Assembly (NCBI GenBank): GCA_017654855.1 | Contig: CM030332.1 | Location: 1,364,001-1,428,000, forward strand | From: Podospora anserina | Taxonomy: Eukaryota | Reading direction: 5' to 3' | DNA: 64,000 nt | Shown: piece after piece, positions 59,265 through 64,000 of the stretch | How the letters are laid out: each line of letters starts with the position of its first letter | Numbering within the stretch: position 1 is the stretch's first letter | Notes under the pieces: generated by a model | Seen by the model: the letters and a program-made list of their open reading frames with translations, nothing else | Database searches by the model: none | Told to the model about the DNA's origin: nothing | Translations under genes and position numbers: made by a program

Positions 59265-59990
59265 TGTGACGGTGTTTTTTGTCTAACGTGCGGGATGAGC
59301 TGTCAGTGCTTCGTCCTCGGAGTCTCGCGGTGATGGTGGGGGTTCACTCACGCGGTGGGATGGAAGAGAGATGGATGGGTATGTGAGGAAAGATCAGCTG
59401 GAACGTCATGAGGGCGTCGAGGTGCTCCCATGGGACTACTTATACCGGCTGGCCGTCTCCATACTAAGCTTTCGAGCCGGAGGGGAAGGTGCCCTCCCAC
59501 CCATTGTGTCCACCCTTGGGCTCTGCGCCGAGTTACGCTTCATCTAGATGATGTGCCGTCGAGCAGGGTCATTCCATCCCGCCCACCTCCTCCCCCTCTC
59601 CCGTGTCCCAATTCCAAGACCCGCCCGCATCGTCATACAGCGCGGGAGCACAAGCTAGAACACCAGGGACCCCCTCACCTGCGGCCTCTCTGCGGTGCTT
59701 GAATGCGACAGTCGCATGACCAAGACCTCGATGATCTCGGCTGGCATGGAAAAAGCGCGTGATTCTACTGGCCAGCAGCTAGATGTTGAGATGCGTGAGG
59801 CGGCTACCTTCCCGACCTTGCCTGCTTGATTGGCGTGGGTAATGGGCAGCAGCCCGTCTGCCATTGTCCACTGACACGGAGCTCGAAGCTGTGGACCCGA
59901 GTGGTGAGAGCCCATTTGTGCGGTTGAAACGGGCATCTCCTTTTTTGTTGGAGAAGCAGTGGACTCTTCGAGGGGTGTGTGGAGTATCCA

Positions 59991-60367
59991 TTAGCCTCGC
60001 ACATACATGGCATGGCATCCTGTAGGTAGCCAGTACCGGCTCTGTTTTGTTGGCCCTTTGAGGCTCACTTTGGAGATATCCTCGTGATATTGAAAGGACC
60101 CCTTTTCAGAACCAGTGACGCCAAAAAGGGATATCGTGAGGTCTCTTTTGGGGGGCGGCTTAACTGCCATATTGGTCCAGATCTGAAGACGCTCACACCT
60201 GGTACCATGATACCATCCGGATGGAACGCAGGCAAATGGCTCCGGGCGGACGTGGCGGAGGGGTTTCTCTGCTTTGCAAGTTTGATGCAGGGCATGTCCC
60301 ACTAGAGCTGTGGAAACCGAGATGTTCGACTTGACCCGGTAACCCGGTGCATGTTCCTCATTTAGCC
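59991..60367 (-). promoter_or_regulatory. Two GGCTAA (XlnR/Xyr1-type) sites upstream of xylose reductase
   Basis: TTAGCC at 59991-59996 and TTTAGCC at 60361-60367 on +, i.e. GGCTAA and GGCTAAA on the gene strand. Confidence 0.45.
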
Positions 60368-62939
60368 TGAAGAAGGCCCCGCCAAAAGCCAACCGGATAA
60401 TTAGCAGCAAAAAGGCGAGATATCCACCATGAACCTCCTATCTCGCCGCCGGCCTCACTCAACCGCGCAAGGCTGCCGTTGTCTCGGGAACCTTGTTGCA
60501 CCACACCCTGGAAGTAGGTATGCCGGTGCTGCTGAAGAAGAGAACAGTTTGGCTAAGGTACGGATCTCTGTCATCTGACTGCAAAAGACAGGCAGGTGCC
60601 ATGTTCTGCCGGGCAATATTTCCGGATGAAGTTGTTAGTCTGCTGGAGCTGTGTTGCAACATCAGTTTTGCCATTGTCAGAAAACCATGCTGAATCATCT
60701 GATGAGAGAAAAAGACGGAAGAATAGCGAGGCTGAAGTGGTCGCTGGGCGAGAACCTTGATGGTCCACGTGGTTGTCAGCCTGTCGTGTCCAAATGAGAC
60801 ATCAGCTTCTGCCCTATTGGACCCCAACCAGTACCCATCCAACCACCTGGCTGCCCGTCATCATGCTTCTTTTTGAGCCTCTCAATTCCATCACCACACT
60901 CAGGGCACACTTCCTGCTCGTCGTGGGCTCAGAACAACCTACATCTAAGAGGAAGTTTCTCAGCAAATCCAATCTCTGAAAGACACCACAGCAGGCGAGG
61001 CTTGTTCTTAGCAGATAGGTCCTCTCGTCATCCAGGCCGCCGGAAGGGGCACCGGGAGAGCCAACCAAACAGCAACCACAATGTCTGTCCAATGGGAACC
61101 ATGTGGGATGATACCGTTATTGCAACTGTCTTGTCACCCTCCCCACATGCTTCTCCAACTCAAGCTTCTCATATGGGCTCAGCCTTCTTGTTCCCAGATT
61201 GACTTCTCTATACTCTTGCGCCTCTCCTTTGAGCTTCCAGAGTTCTCTCATGACGTCTCAGCATACTATCATGACAAGAGAGCAGCTTTTTCTCACCGAC
61301 TAAGCCAAAGAACAGTCGTTATGTCTACCCCTTCCCCAGGTACATGTCATCCGTACCTCCTATTACCACCACTACATCCGCCAAGAAACACTCCAACGGC
61401 CACCAGGCAAGGTACATGCTACCGTCATCCACCGCAGCCTCGCCTCGTCCGCCTTGTCCACAGTTCTGTAACTAAAAACAGCACCTCCAAATGCATTAGC
61501 TCCCTTCCCGTGTCCCGCTCACCCTCAGCGTCAGATCCACAGCCCGTGGCTATTCCTACCTGGGCAGTACCACGCGAAGGAGCTATCCTAGAGAAGTAAT
61601 CTCCTTCTGATTGGAAGGGAATCCTCATCCAACTTGGAGTTTGTTTTGACCTTGTTTGTGGATCACGTGTTTCTCTGTTCCGACCTCAAGCATAACACCC
61701 ATATATCCACACATCTACAAGACGCAATTGTATACATACTTGCACGAGATATCTGTCAGGAGATAGTATACTGCGACCAGGTGTATCATGTAAAAAAATC
61801 TCCTCCACTTCACTCCTCACAAGTAGTTCAAACTTCATCATGAACACGACCAACACCACTCAAGAGAACCCCCCAAAAGTCCGGCCCATAGTCTTGATAT
61901 CACGCCATGTAAAACATGTCGCCAGTAATCCAAACCGCACTCGAATTCTACAAATAATAGAAATAAAACTAATATCGAGACAACTCCAAATGTCATTCTT
62001 CCCCTCAATCCTTCACCACCCTTGGCTACCTACATTTGAGCCCCCTTAAATCAGTTTGGACCCCATAACCTCCCCACCCAAAAAGCACTACATTCATGTT
62101 CCTCCAAATAAGCTATACCTGGAAATACTTACAAAAAGCAGACGTAATACCACACAAAATATTCCGCCACAGTCCACATCAAGCGAGCCACCCATGAATC
62201 ACAAAATCCTTGCCATTAATGTATAGGCAAGAATAGGTCGGGTAATTACCACTCAATTTACGCAAGTAGACCGAAAAAGGTTTATTTGATCGTGCTGGTC
62301 AAGATGATATGCTGGTGATAAGTAGTTTCACATGGCCCCTTGCCTCTGTCAAGAGCTGTTGTTGTCACTACAACATCCCCTACCTAGGTAGGTACGTAGG
62401 TATTCATGTAACTCTCTGCATGCAAACAACAACAACCCCAAAAAAGCCAAATCAACTCTGGGTTCAAAAACCTGTGTGTAAATAAATATCTGCAAACAAG
62501 TAGACTACTTTTTTTATCTACAACCCAGCCATTCGCTGAAACCCCATAAGAGAAAAACCAAATAATTCGAATAAAAAAACCCACGTATTCCAACAAGAAC
62601 AACAAGGAGCTTGGAGCCCAGAAGCAAAAAAAAAAAAAACAACCAGCTACCTATCGTCCTCCCCCCTTTCTTATAAAATGTCTTGCCAAAGAATAATGAT
62701 ACCAAGCACGACTCTTCGCTACTTTTATAAACCGTCCCCCTTCTTTTTGCCCAGCTAACCAACCTCTTTTGAAACACAGAATATTGGTATACACCCTCCC
62801 CCCACACCCATGAAAACAATCATTAACAATTAACTATTGTCCCATGCTTTTCGATCCCACACTACTCATCACAACACCCTCCCCTCCAACAACACCCCCT
62901 GCTGTTGCCGTCCCCATGTCCGTCCTCGAAGTCGCCTCT

Positions 62940-64000
62940 CTAAGACAACCCCAAAAACTTCCCGCTCTTCTTCTTCCCCAACCCAAACGTAAACCTCTCC
63001 ATCAAAGCCGGTTTGTGACCGTCCCTGTCCTTCGTTGGACTCCCCACAAACAACTCGGGCGGCGCCGTGTCCGACCGTGAGGGCCCAACCCCAGGAGAAG
63101 AAGAGGAAGAATGCCCGTTTTGTCCCGCAGTCCCATTGCTCCTAACACCATTCAGATGAGGCAAAGCCGGTACAGGAGGCAGCACAGCATCATGGCCACC
63201 ATTACTCGACGACTCCCCAGCAGCAGTACTAGCCCTGCTCTCCGTCTTGTCGCTCCTGTCACTCCTATCCGCTTTATCGGCATTGTTCTTGTCCTTCTCC
63301 TTGTCCTTGTCCCCACTCTTGAGAAACGCAAGACTCTTCCGTGTCATCGTCTTGCTGTTCCGACCTGCCCGGTTAAAGAACCCCGCTGGGGTGAACTTGT
63401 TGTTGCTGTCTTTCTCAACAGAGGCGCTGTCCACAGCAGCAAATGAGTCAGACCCGGTTGTTGTGGCGTCCTTCTTCCGGCGCTTTTCTTCCTCGTCTTC
63501 TGTTGTAGAATCGCGGGATTTGTCGAGCAGTCTCTCCTTGGCGGCGAGTTTAGCTGCCTCCTTTTCGGCTGCTTTTTCAGCTGCTTTCCGGGCCTTCTCA
63601 GCCTTTTCTTGCATCTTTTGCTCCTTTTTGATTTCCTCCTTTGACTTGGCCGGTACGGTTGCTGCCTCGTCGGCTTTGGTCATGACTGCTGATCCCGGTG
63701 GTGGGGCGGCGACTAAGGGGTGGCCATAGCCTTCTGGTCCGGCTGGTTGTTTTACTGGCGAGGCCAGTACAGACACTGGGCTTATACTGTCGAGCGGTGC
63801 CGACTTTGTCTGCTCCAACGTGGCCAGCGTCTCGTTTTCCTCCAGAGTTGGTAACGGTTGGGTGCTCAGTCTCGTCAGTGGTGGCGGGTGTGTGCCGTTG
63901 GTCTGTTCGGCCGTCATTGTGGTTGCTGCGAGATCTGCCGTTTCACTTGCTTCCCGCACTTGATCCAACCCTTCGGCATCCATCTCTTCCCGTACCTTCT
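62940..64000 (-). CDS. 3' portion of a gene with a low-complexity Lys/Glu/Ser-rich C-terminus (5' end outside window)
   Basis: At least 347 codons, open to the window edge; ends ERFTFGLGKKKSGKFLGLS; no domain visible. Confidence 0.75.
   Translation of the reverse strand, partial: KVREEMDAEGLDQVREASETADLAATTMTAEQTNGTHPPPLTRLSTQPLPTLEENETLATLEQTKSAPLDSISPVSVLASPVKQPAGPEGYGHPLVAAPPPGSAVMTKADEAATVPAKSKEEIKKEQKMQEKAEKARKAAEKAAEKEAAKLAAKERLLDKSRDSTTEDEEEKRRKKDATTTGSDSFAAVDSASVEKDSNNKFTPAGFFNRAGRNSKTMTRKSLAFLKSGDKDKEKDKNNADKADRSDRSDKTESRASTAAGESSSNGGHDAVLPPVPALPHLNGVRSNGTAGQNGHSSSSSPGVGPSRSDTAPPELFVGSPTKDRDGHKPALMERFTFGLGKKKSGKFLGLS

Noticed and set aside
61081-61599. 172-aa ORF between XYL1 and the last gene
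   Set aside because: No domain or coding signature I can recognise; needs RNA-seq or homology support.

Overview
Eukaryotic, intron-containing DNA from a filamentous ascomycete. GT-AG introns with CTRAC branch sites, a dispersed 5S rRNA gene and the gene set point to Sordariales, probably Podospora-like (inference). The window opens with the 3' end of an LTR-like element and an AT-rich RIP-like relic. Recognisable genes follow: MFS transporter, DUF1772-like protein, MaoC-type peroxisomal dehydratase, tubulin cofactor E, CCCH zinc-finger protein, dynein intermediate chain, ATP synthase subunit e, Zn2Cys6 transcription factor, GNAT acetyltransferase, RPL20, CSN12-like PCI protein, BTB protein, BEM46-like hydrolase, SDS22 and xylose reductase. 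The most unusual part is 8.1-15.8 kb, a same-strand tandem array of about five highly diverged paralogous orphan modules with shared motifs and intron positions. Four of these are broken only by in-frame stops, and two carry AT instead of GT at the same homologous intron donor. Separately, the gene at 40352-43015 has a 119-codon open frame continuing directly behind its UAG. Both patterns fit sexual-stage A-to-I mRNA editing known in Sordariomycetes, but RIP or ordinary decay is an equally live explanation. An inverted pair of 21-bp-period arrays and several structured introns were also seen. All exon structures were inferred by eye and no database searches were run.
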